The notes under the pieces: model-generated
Seen by the model: the letters and a program-made list of their open reading frames with translations, nothing else
The model's database searches: none
Told to the model about the DNA's origin: nothing
Part shown: piece after piece, positions 36,706 to 45,300 of the stretch
Numbering within the stretch: the first letter of the stretch is position 1
Layout of the letters: every line of letters starts with the position of its first letter
Made by a program: the position numbers and the translations under genes
Source: a virus
Lineage: Duplodnaviria; Caudoviricetes
IMG/VR virus record: IMGVR_UViG_3300037851_000296
Coordinates: 1-46,780 of that record
Length of the DNA: 46,780 bases
Direction: 5' to 3' (one strand)

Positions 36706-37028
36706 ACTACACCGAAGCAGAATCGGTCGTGCGGGAGGCGTTAGGCGAACTCTTGGCATCGTTTCCCTACCGACATGAAACGCCAGCGACATTCGCTCCG
36801 GTCGCCGCCCTCGACGAGATGCGGAGGGAGTTTCACCAGAGGACCGAGATGTTACTGAACGTCGAGGTCGAGCGAGACGCCGCCGAGCGCAGACTGGCAG
36901 AGGCGGAGACCGCGCTGAACGGGATGGTGGACCTGTTTGGACGGCAACACGCTGAGGCGTCCGAGGTCTACGCCGTGAAGCAGGCCGTCGCCTACCTTGC
37001 CTCCCGAGACCAGGAGGACCAGGGATGA
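36702..37028 (+). CDS. Hypothetical coiled-coil protein
   Basis: ATG 36702, coupled. Confidence 0.6.
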   Translation: MNYTEAESVVREALGELLASFPYRHETPATFAPVAALDEMRREFHQRTEMLLNVEVERDAAERRLAEAETALNGMVDLFGRQHAEASEVYAVKQAVAYLASRDQEDQG

Positions 37029-37333
37029 ACCGCTGCGTGATGTGCGGCCGGTTCCGGCCCTGGGCCGACCTCGTGTTCAAGTGGGCCTACGAATCGTCCG
37101 TGACGTACCCGAGCGAGGTCGAGTGGTTCGAGTGCCGCCCCGGCCACGGCTGCGCCGGTGAGCGGTACCGACTCGCCCACGCAGACTGGAGTGAAACCGC
37201 CCGCGTGGCCGAGGAATGGAAGGAGCATGCCCATGACACCGAGCGCAGGCTGAGCGGGTGCTATGTCCTACCTGTGGAAGTCCTCACCATAGGAGACACG
37301 TCCGATATGATACCTGAAAGGATGTGGGAATGA
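37025..37333 (+). CDS. Hypothetical protein with Cys motifs
   Basis: AGGAGG RBS; coupled. Confidence 0.6.
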   Translation: MNRCVMCGRFRPWADLVFKWAYESSVTYPSEVEWFECRPGHGCAGERYRLAHADWSETARVAEEWKEHAHDTERRLSGCYVLPVEVLTIGDTSDMIPERMWE

Positions 37334-37740
37334 GGTATACGATACCGTTCCTTATAGCGGTTCTGTTGCCTTCGCCTGTCGAAGCTCACGAACATCGGCA
37401 GGCGAAGTGCACGTACCAGGATATAGACCCTGCGGTGTGGACCGTACCGGAAGTCAAAGCTACGATACGGTGCGCGGTGGAGAAGTTTCCCGTAAGCTCC
37501 GCGACCGCGCACTATATCGCGTACCGTGAGTCTCGGTACCGTGCTACTGCACTGAACAGTAGTAGTGGGGCGTGTGGTGTGTATCAGTTCATACCATCAA
37601 CATGGAACGATATATCTTTAAGGTACTCACGATGGAAGAAGAGATGGAACCTCGGTGATGGGTGTACCAACGCACGAACGAATGTATTGTTCGCTATCAG
37701 GTACGCCCATCAGATAGGATGGGGACCTTGGGCAATCTAA
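37330..37740 (+). CDS. Secreted lytic transglycosylase (SLT/Rpf-like)
   Basis: Signal-peptide-like N-terminus ending VEA; 'IAYRES....A.N....A.G..QF...TW' and 'GWGPW' motifs. Confidence 0.8.
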   Translation: MRYTIPFLIAVLLPSPVEAHEHRQAKCTYQDIDPAVWTVPEVKATIRCAVEKFPVSSATAHYIAYRESRYRATALNSSSGACGVYQFIPSTWNDISLRYSRWKKRWNLGDGCTNARTNVLFAIRYAHQIGWGPWAI

Positions 37741-38384
37741 AGATAGCTGTCGATGCTGACGGCGTACTCTACGAATGGAGTAAGACTGCGAGATACATGC
37801 TCCGGTCGTACAGAGACTATGACGTTGCTGGACCGATGGGGAAGGAATCAACCTCTTGGGATTATATACCTAAGAACGTAGCGCCTCAGGATTGGGATTG
37901 GCTCTGGACCGAGGGTGTAGAACTCGGACTGTTCCGGTACGGTCACCTCGTCACTGGTGCTATCGAGGGAGTGAACCAACTCTCCCGAGTAGGTGAAGTA
38001 GTCCTCGTAACCCATCGTCCGAAACAGGCGGTGAAGGATACCCTGGATTGGCTGAGTTACATCAACCTTCCGTTCTCTGGTATCCATATCCTTACCAACC
38101 AGGAACCGAAATCTATGGTCGATGCGGATATACTCATCGACGACAAACCAGATAATATCTTCGAGTGGGTCATGCACGCGAGATACGCTATCTTGTTCGA
38201 CCGTGAGTGGAACCAGCAAGCGCAAGTCGGGATGCGAGCGAAAGGATGGAACGAAGTTGTCGAGTACGTCGAAGAAATCGGATACCAGATGGGCCAACGA
38301 AAGAACGGACGTACTGGAAAGGTTCTGCGCGGAACTGACGAAACCAACGAGGGACGGGTCGTCCAAACGACAGAGAGGAGATAA
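37719..38384 (+). CDS. HAD-family 5'(3')-deoxyribonucleotidase
   Basis: 'AVDADGVL', 'LIDDKP.N' and 'WN' motifs; start could be TTG 37728. Confidence 0.8.
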   Translation: MGTLGNLKIAVDADGVLYEWSKTARYMLRSYRDYDVAGPMGKESTSWDYIPKNVAPQDWDWLWTEGVELGLFRYGHLVTGAIEGVNQLSRVGEVVLVTHRPKQAVKDTLDWLSYINLPFSGIHILTNQEPKSMVDADILIDDKPDNIFEWVMHARYAILFDREWNQQAQVGMRAKGWNEVVEYVEEIGYQMGQRKNGRTGKVLRGTDETNEGRVVQTTERR

Positions 38385-38550
38385 GCCACCGTGGTATCTA
38401 GACGAGAGTCACGAAGCAGCGATATTCTCGCACCTCGCCAGATGGAAGCGGGGAGAACTAGAGGACCCGGACAGTGGAGCGCATCCTCTGGTCCACGCCG
38501 CATGGAGATGTCTCGCTATAGCTTGCCAGGAAACCGGAAACGTACCGTAG
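38257..38550 (+). CDS. DUF5664-like (dATP/dGTP diphosphohydrolase-related) protein, short
   Basis: 'HLARWKRGELEDPDSGAHPLVHAAW' motif; start uncertain; overlaps the upstream gene. Confidence 0.6.
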   Translation: MSSTSKKSDTRWANERTDVLERFCAELTKPTRDGSSKRQRGDKPPWYLDESHEAAIFSHLARWKRGELEDPDSGAHPLVHAAWRCLAIACQETGNVP

Positions 38551-38561
38551 AACCTGACCCG

Positions 38562-39164
38562 ATGGTGTTCCTGGGGTACTGCCACCCTGGGGTGGTACGT
38601 CATGAGTTTCTGCGGTCGTTGCTAGCGTTGGTACAACACGTCGGGAACGAGTCCTTCCAGTTGATTATCAGTGATGCGTACACAGGACCACTGATTTCAC
38701 GAGCGAGATGTATCCTTGCAGAGACGTTCCTTGCTACCCCGGCTCAGTATCTTCTGTTCGTTGACACTGATATAGACTTCGAACCTACCTTCATAGGTAA
38801 ACTGATAGCGATAGATAAACCCATAGTAGGTGCTCTCTACTATGGGGTTCAGCATTCCGATTATTCTTCTTTCCCGACCGCTCTCCTGCAACAAGAGGAC
38901 GGGTACTATAGACCTATCGGGGTGATACCCGATGATACGGCAGAGGTAGATGCGGTCGGGATGGGATTCACGCTTATCAAACGAGAAGTGGTAGAAGCGA
39001 TAGGAGCAGATAGCGAGAAGCTATTACCTTTCGCAGAAGGTATATGGAAAGATAGAGTGGTAGGGGAAGACTTGATGTTCTGTCTTCGAGCGAAAGAGAA
39101 AGGATACAGTACATGGCTAGCGCCTCAACTTCGGGTAAGGCATATGAAGACGATAGCGGTTTGA
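38562..39164 (+). CDS. GT-A fold glycosyltransferase
   Basis: 'ISRAR', DxD motif 'LFVDTD', 'GMGFTLIKREV' and 'GEDLMFC'. Confidence 0.8.
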   Translation: MVFLGYCHPGVVRHEFLRSLLALVQHVGNESFQLIISDAYTGPLISRARCILAETFLATPAQYLLFVDTDIDFEPTFIGKLIAIDKPIVGALYYGVQHSDYSSFPTALLQQEDGYYRPIGVIPDDTAEVDAVGMGFTLIKREVVEAIGADSEKLLPFAEGIWKDRVVGEDLMFCLRAKEKGYSTWLAPQLRVRHMKTIAV

Positions 39165-39325
39165 CGGCGTATGAGAAGGGATACGTAGAAGGCCGACAGG
39201 CGACACAGAAGCATATGAAGGGACAGATAGATTTCTTCCTGCGAGAGCGTGAAGAGTTCCTTGAGCGTATCCGAGAACTAGAAGCAGAGATACAGCATCT
39301 CCGTAGAACGACGGGCGAAGGATGA
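39161..39325 (+). CDS. Small coiled-coil protein
   Basis: 'YEKGYVEG' motif; TTG start coupled to the glycosyltransferase stop. Confidence 0.5.
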   Translation: MTAYEKGYVEGRQATQKHMKGQIDFFLREREEFLERIRELEAEIQHLRRTTGEG

Positions 39326-39331
39326 GGATAA

Positions 39332-39405
39332 GGGGCAGTAGCTCAGTCGGTTAGAGCACGGTCCTTATAAGGCCGGAGTCGTGGGTTCAAACCCCACCTG
39401 CCCCA
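39332..39405 (+). tRNA. tRNA-Ile, anticodon UAU (CCA not encoded)
   Basis: Acceptor GGGGCAG/CTGCCCC plus discriminator A; D-arm GCTC/GAGC; anticodon stem CGGTC/GGCCG with loop CT-TAT-AA; T-arm GTGGG-TTCAAAC-CCCAC. Confidence 0.9.
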
Positions 39406-39408
39406 CTT

Positions 39409-39927
39409 ATGGAACTATTACTCGGTTGCGGGTCTGCCCGTGATAAGCGTATCTATCCTCATAACCGTGAACACTGGGAACATCTGGTCACCTCGGACAA
39501 TAACATCGCCCATGAACCTGATGTAGTGTGTGACCTAACGCGAACCCCCTGGCCCTGGGATGATAACACCTTCGATGAGGTACACGCTTACGAGGTGTTA
39601 GAGCATCTCGGACAACAGGGGGATTACGTTGCGTTCTTCGAGCAGTTCACGGAGATATGGCGTATCCTCAAACCTGATGGGTTGTTCTGCGCCTCCGTGC
39701 CGAGTCTAGATTCACCGTGGTTGTGGGGCGACCCGAGTCATACGAGGGTCATCGCTCCACAGACTCTCGTGTTCTTAGACCAAGAGGAGTATGGCAAGCA
39801 GGTCGGACGGACAGCGATGAGTGATTTCCGGTATCTGTACCATGCGGACTTCCGTACTGTGTGGAAGTCTCATGAGGGAGAATCGTTCTGTTTCGTTCTT
39901 CAAGCGAAGAAGAGTCCTTCTTCGTAG
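39409..39927 (+). CDS. Class I SAM-dependent methyltransferase
   Basis: 'LLLGCG', 'DL...PWP..D..FDEV.A..VLEHL' and 'EIWRILKPDG' motifs. Confidence 0.85.
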   Translation: MELLLGCGSARDKRIYPHNREHWEHLVTSDNNIAHEPDVVCDLTRTPWPWDDNTFDEVHAYEVLEHLGQQGDYVAFFEQFTEIWRILKPDGLFCASVPSLDSPWLWGDPSHTRVIAPQTLVFLDQEEYGKQVGRTAMSDFRYLYHADFRTVWKSHEGESFCFVLQAKKSPSS

Positions 39928-39960
39928 TCATCTTCCTCTTCCTCGATGAACTTCTTCAGT

Positions 39961-40191
39961 TTATCTTTCTCCCTCCTGTTCTTCGGAGGAGGGGTGTGGT
40001 TCTTCTCTTTCATACCGTTCCTTGAAATGTATCAGAGCCCAGCCGAGGAAACCGATGATGAGCCAGCCGGGGAACGTAGCTACGGTGACTTCGGTGAGAG
40101 TATCACCTTCGGCACGGGTAAGGATAGCTATGGTCTCGAAGACCAAGCCTATCCCTATCCATGCGTACCAGAACACCCGTGGAAGCTTCAT
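39961..40191 (-). CDS. Two-TM membrane protein (lysis cassette)
   Basis: Two hydrophobic helices and a charged C-terminus. Confidence 0.6.
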   Translation of the reverse strand: MKLPRVFWYAWIGIGLVFETIAILTRAEGDTLTEVTVATFPGWLIIGFLGWALIHFKERYEREEPHPSSEEQEGER

Positions 40192-40472
40192 ACCAAGCTA
40201 CGAGCCAATGCCACGACACCCGGCTTGTTCTCTGCGATAGCCCACCATCCACGACCCTTGACCTTGATGAGCACGTGACCGCTGTCCTGCTGGTTCCACA
40301 TGACGACCTTACCAAGCTCACGAAGCTCGGCCTTCGATTCTATGACCTTGGTACCATCACGCACGATATGACGCCACACGCACTCGTACTCGACGGACGG
40401 GATAAGTTCTCCATCCTCCGGGTCTATCCAGTTCTGAACACACTTCGGGTAAAGCTGAGCAAGCGTTGCCAT
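40188..40472 (-). CDS. Hypothetical protein
   Basis: 94 aa, coupled. Confidence 0.6.
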   Translation of the reverse strand: MATLAQLYPKCVQNWIDPEDGELIPSVEYECVWRHIVRDGTKVIESKAELRELGKVVMWNQQDSGHVLIKVKGRGWWAIAENKPGVVALARSLV

Positions 40473-40660
40473 TATCCAGACCTCCGTGCGAAATAGTAGC
40501 CGATAGCGGCACGAGCGAACATATAGACCAGGGCTACCACACCTAGTGACTGTTCTCCCTGGTCCGCAGATAGGTACCCGACGACGACGGCCACCCCTGC
40601 CAGTATAGAGTCACGCACGACCGGGTGTGCGACCCACCATGCCTTAGCTTTCTCAAACAT
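40472..40660 (-). CDS. Putative holin (2 TM)
   Basis: Two TM segments; in the lysis cassette. Confidence 0.6.
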   Translation of the reverse strand: MFEKAKAWWVAHPVVRDSILAGVAVVVGYLSADQGEQSLGVVALVYMFARAAIGYYFARRSG

Positions 40661-40934
40661 CTATGTCTTCCTCCTCATTCCAACGACGTTCATGGCGGTA
40701 AAGGTTCTGGTGTCGATTCAACCAGAACGCATGTTCCCGCAGCTGTATCTCTATGCTATCGAGTCTCATCTCTAGGGCGTGCATCACCTCTTCTATCCTA
40801 GCGACCCCGCTGCCGATGCTATGACCGTTCCCTGTGTCCTGGTCTTTCTTCACCTTGCTCGCTGTCCATGCAGCGAGCACAGCACCGCTAGCTCCTATGA
40901 GAGCAACGACGAGGGTAAGGATGCCGTCCATCAT
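40653..40934 (-). CDS. Single-TM plus coiled-coil lysis-associated protein
   Basis: N-terminal TM followed by a coiled coil; downstream of the endolysin. Confidence 0.6.
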   Translation of the reverse strand: MMDGILTLVVALIGASGAVLAAWTASKVKKDQDTGNGHSIGSGVARIEEVMHALEMRLDSIEIQLREHAFWLNRHQNLYRHERRWNEEEDIDV

Positions 40935-41596
40935 GCGCATGGGGGTCTACCATCAAAGTTCGGGTAAGCATCAACATGAACGTGAGTATGGTAGATGCCT
41001 GTGTAGGGGTTCCACCCCAAGTCCTTCCGCCAGATACGGTTCCCACATATCACGGTATAAACGATTCCTTCGAGGTCTCTGCCTTCCTTCTGTTCCTCTA
41101 CGAGCCTGTTAGCGATGGTCCATAGTTGGTCCATCGTAGAAGCCCCGACATCGAGCGCGTTCGCCCAGGAGTGTTGGCTCCACGTCGAGCTACCCGCCAC
41201 AGGGCGGCAGTTGAAGATGCCCCAGTTCTGAGCGAACGAGTAGTTCCTGAAGACCAAGGTATAGATGCGGTCGATGCGTTCGTTCCCTACGGTGTCTATA
41301 ATCGGAGGAGCTATCTCAACCTTGCGGATGGTGTACGAGTCACCTTCCGTTGGTGCTATGACCAGCTTCGTTCCGAGAGGAGCGTTGACCATCCTGACCT
41401 TGACACGTTTCAATGTCTGGTTGAGGGGTCTCCAAGGACCCCATGCATCCTCTCCGAACTCGTGTGCTTCGCGGATACGGTAAGGTCCCGTCTCAGGGAG
41501 CAGCTTCACACGTAGTCGTTCGATAGCGAACTTCAGGTTCAGCGGCTTAGAGAACTCTCCTGTTCCTAGCTTCGAGGTCTGATACTTGACAGTCAT
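40931..41596 (-). CDS. Putative endolysin, M15/LAS-type Zn peptidase
   Basis: 'R....S...SQHSWANALD' and 'HTHVHVD' motifs; next to holin-like genes. Confidence 0.7.
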   Translation of the reverse strand: MTVKYQTSKLGTGEFSKPLNLKFAIERLRVKLLPETGPYRIREAHEFGEDAWGPWRPLNQTLKRVKVRMVNAPLGTKLVIAPTEGDSYTIRKVEIAPPIIDTVGNERIDRIYTLVFRNYSFAQNWGIFNCRPVAGSSTWSQHSWANALDVGASTMDQLWTIANRLVEEQKEGRDLEGIVYTVICGNRIWRKDLGWNPYTGIYHTHVHVDAYPNFDGRPPCA

Positions 41597-41599
41597 GGT

Positions 41600-41803
41600 T
41601 CATCCTATGAGGGGTCTTATGACAGATGCGGGTATCCGCCATATCTTATAAGGACCTACTTTCATGGACCCGGGGAAACGTCCTTTCTCCACCCAGCCAC
41701 GTATAGTCCTGTCATCTTTACCGAGCAATCGTGCTACCTGGGTGACGGTGATATAATCATCCTGTGGTTTCCCACATACCGGACATTCTATCGAAACTTT
41801 CAC
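41600..41803 (-). CDS. Zn-knuckle plus excisionase/MerR-like HTH protein
   Basis: CPVC followed by 'ITVTQVARLLG....TIRGWV..G.F......WRIP'. Confidence 0.75.
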   Translation of the reverse strand: MKVSIECPVCGKPQDDYITVTQVARLLGKDDRTIRGWVEKGRFPGSMKVGPYKIWRIPASVIRPLIG

Positions 41804-41811
41804 AGCATCTC

Positions 41812-42366
41812 CTAATACAGATAACCTACGTGAAGATGGTTATAATGGTCAGGTTGTCTCCATAGGATGTTAGAGAACCCGAATCTATCTGAATGCTGAC
41901 TGAGCCAGTCATAAACTTCGTCGCCTATAGCAAGATTAGGTACCATCAGGTCTACGGCAGCGCCGTAAGCGTGTTCACTCGGGGTGTTGGTCCCCCTGAT
42001 ATTACGTGCGTTGAAGATACCGCCAGAGGAGACTTGCGGGAATCTGGATGTTACCGCGTTCAGGACACGCTCGCTCATGTTCATATACCTTGGGTCAGCT
42101 ACCCCGAAGGATAGTCCTCCGATACCTGCACCAGGTCCGAAGCTTCGGCCCTGGCCACTTCTAGCTTTAGACGCGAGCAACGCGAGGGCAAGTGACTGAG
42201 CCGTGGAAGGACCACTTGACCGGACAGGAGCTATCTGTTTGAGTGATGGAGCCTGTAGCTGGATGTCAAGGATACGTTTACCTATCTCTGACAATCGTTG
42301 GTCAAGGTCTGAGGTATCGAAGGGCTGTTGTTCTGCCAATCGTCTAAGTGTGAAATCACTGGGCAT
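41812..42366 (-). CDS. Putative virion-associated peptidoglycan peptidase (M15/LAS-type)
   Basis: 'R.....SEHAYGAAVD' and 'HYNHLHV' motifs; directly after the giant ejection gene. Confidence 0.7.
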   Translation of the reverse strand: MPSDFTLRRLAEQQPFDTSDLDQRLSEIGKRILDIQLQAPSLKQIAPVRSSGPSTAQSLALALLASKARSGQGRSFGPGAGIGGLSFGVADPRYMNMSERVLNAVTSRFPQVSSGGIFNARNIRGTNTPSEHAYGAAVDLMVPNLAIGDEVYDWLSQHSDRFGFSNILWRQPDHYNHLHVGYLY

Positions 42367-45300
42367 AGCGGTTCCTCCATGAATCCAGAACAGCTTCCTT
42401 CTGCTGCTGCTGGTCTAGGAATAGTTCTTGGGGGTCATAGGCGACGGTCGGTAGACCGACGTACCCGAGTGGGTCTTTCCACCAAGGCTGCGGGTACTTC
42501 GGTTTCCCTGTTTCAGGGTCTATGATGACCTCGCCGCTACCGCTGTACCGTGCTCCGATATCCTCTCCGCCGACAGCGGCAGCTAGCCCAGTGAGGACGT
42601 TCACTTGAGGGAACATATTCTGCATCAACTTGAACGCACCAGGCGAGACCTTGTATCCCTTCGGTAGCTGGGTGATACCTGTTATCTCACCATCAGGTCC
42701 ACGTATGACCCGCACCTTATTCCCGGCGAAGTCTTCCATCACGTCTCTGTCGGTGAGGGGTTCTCCGGTCAGGGTATTCACCCCCCAACCCATAGCCACC
42801 GCTGACTGCATGAGAGGGCTAAGCCCCTGGGTGAGAGATTGTCCAGCACCCAGCATGTTCAGTGGGTTGAGGTTCTTCGTACGTAGACCAATCATCTGGT
42901 CACTCCAGGTTCCTATACCAACCGTGCCGAGCAGGTACTCAGGAAAGTCCTTCGTCATCTCTGCGTCTAGACGCCCAAGCATGAGCAGCGTCGCAGCCTT
43001 GTACGGGTGGTCTATAGGCAGACGGAGGAGGAACTTCACCGAGTGTCGATAGAACGGATAGAACGGGAGGATGAACCTACGGACGACGTTCCGCTCCAAC
43101 GAGGTCAGGTTAGCGTAGTCACCGAGCGTACTGTTCAGGTCTGCAATACCGTTCTGAATCACGGAAGGTCTGATACTCTCAGGTCCCAGCGTTTGAAGTT
43201 TCTCAAGCATCTGCATGTCCCGAGAGAACCCACCGAGAGATTGTCCTGTTATCTGTCGTCTGACAGAACTGGTGAACACGGACGCACGGAAAGCATCTTC
43301 GATAGCCGTGTTGATATCACGCATTCGGGTACTTGTTCTTCCTGTACCGCGCGCGAGTCTGGAGTAGATACTCATGAGAGGCTGATACTTCTCAGGTACC
43401 CTGAGAGCAAGTTCACTCGGTTGTCCTCTCAGGGTCTTATAGACGTTCGCAGTCTTAGGAGCGACGACCTCACCGAACCCGTAGTTCGTAACCCTCTGGG
43501 TTGCGCTAGCGAATAGCCCGCGCTCAACACCTTCAGGCAGCTGTCCCTCGAAGACGTACTCCAAGGTCTTCCGGTACTGTGCATCTTTCCGTCGTACCAG
43601 TTCAGTGATAGCAGCAGGGTCCTTGATAAGGCTGAAGATGATGTTACCGAAGGTGTTGTTCACCAGCCATCTGGGGCTGAAGGCAAGAACCATAGACTTC
43701 CAGACGTTCATCGGAGCGTCGTAGTAGAACCTGACTTTCCAACTCATCGCACGGGAGATATTCCTGTTGAAGTCACTCACGAGACGGTCGGGTACAGCCC
43801 AGAACTGGTCGCCTGTGCGAGCGTTCTTGAGCATCGTATCCATCGTCTCATTCATAGCTTCATCCAGTACCTTCTCAAGATTATCTATGATGATGGTATC
43901 CCAATCGTCTGTGTTCGCTAGCTTAGAAGAAGCAATCCCGTCCTCGAATATCTTATCGGTTAGTCGTTCTCGTAGCTTGACCTGTTTCTTCAACCCATCG
44001 AAGTTGATGAGTGAGTATCCAGGCATCTTCCCGGTTTCCCATAGTGGAAGTTCTCCGGGTGGAACAGGGCGGGAGAGCCCCTTGATTTCGTCGATGAAGT
44101 CTAGAACCTGACGATGCCGGGTTAGCTGGGTCGCTCTCAGGCTATAAACATCAGAGACCATCTTGTGTGCGTCTTGTATGCGCTGCGCTTCTATGATGTC
44201 GTCCGAAGCATTCTTGAACGCAGGTATCTTCCGATAATCTTCTACCGAATCCAAGAACTTAGGATGGATATAGTTACCTGTTTCAGCAAGAAGACCTTTC
44301 GACCTTCTGAGCGCATCGGGTTCTCCATAGTTGAGAGCTTTGAGGTTATGCATCCGTCCGAGATACCCACCAGGGCTGGACTTAGAAGGATTGATATGAG
44401 GATAATATCCAGGGAGAACAGAAGTGGGGAACTCGTTGTCAAGGTCTGTCCATCTATAGTTGAACACATCCTGCCAGAGTGCTACTTCCTTATTGAGTTT
44501 GCGACCATCTTCGATAGCAGGATGCATCACTTCGTCGAGCTTATCGGAGAACGCACGAGCGTAGTTACCATCCTTCGGTTTAGAAACATCCGTGAAGGTT
44601 CTTTCGACCCATGCTTCTATCCCGCCAGCGAACTCGGTGTTGTCGATGTCTGACAAGTCTATATGGTTCGAGCGACGGAGTAGTTCACGGATATTCTCTG
44701 CCACTATCTTCGTGAGTCCTGGGATAGCATCTTCAGGTGACAGACCAGATTGAATCAATATGTTCTGGTAATCCCTCATAGAGTCATAGAGACTCTTACG
44801 GTACTTCCAGTAAAGCTCTACCTTCCTGGGAAGGAAGGCGCGGTCAAGCATCTCCGCAGCGCCGAACAGCATCGGGTCAAGGTGTCGGAACTCCGGTTCC
44901 ATCTGTTCGAGGTACCATATCGCTTTCACCTTATCGGCGGCCTTGTAGATAGGTTCATATCCATCAGGGTTCGCTAGGTGACGAACGATACCTTCATTGA
45001 ACCCAGCAGCTAGCCGCTGTTGTGCGAGTATCTCTGTATCTATACGTTCTTTCTCTTCGAGGTGTCGGCGTATCTCTATCTGCTGTGCTTTAGTAGGCAG
45101 ACCGTTCTTGCTCGCAGCAGCTTCTTGACGTATCTGTTCCGCTATAGCATATTCAGCGTCGCTCTTATCTCGTAGTTGATGTATAGTGGTCCAGGTCTTT
45201 CCTACCGCCTTCTGTGCTATCTCCATATCTGGGGTATAGAACTGAAGCTCGATGATTCTACCGTCCTTGGTTCTCACCCAAGCGTTGAAGGAACGGTATG

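Noticed and set aside
38257-38550. Z-genome (2-aminoadenine) pathway
   Set aside because: Only a short DUF5664-like ORF is present; no PurZ, HD-family dATPase or dedicated polymerase was recognised
41600-41803. Excisionase indicating an integrating prophage
   Set aside because: No tyrosine or serine integrase, att site or host flanks were seen
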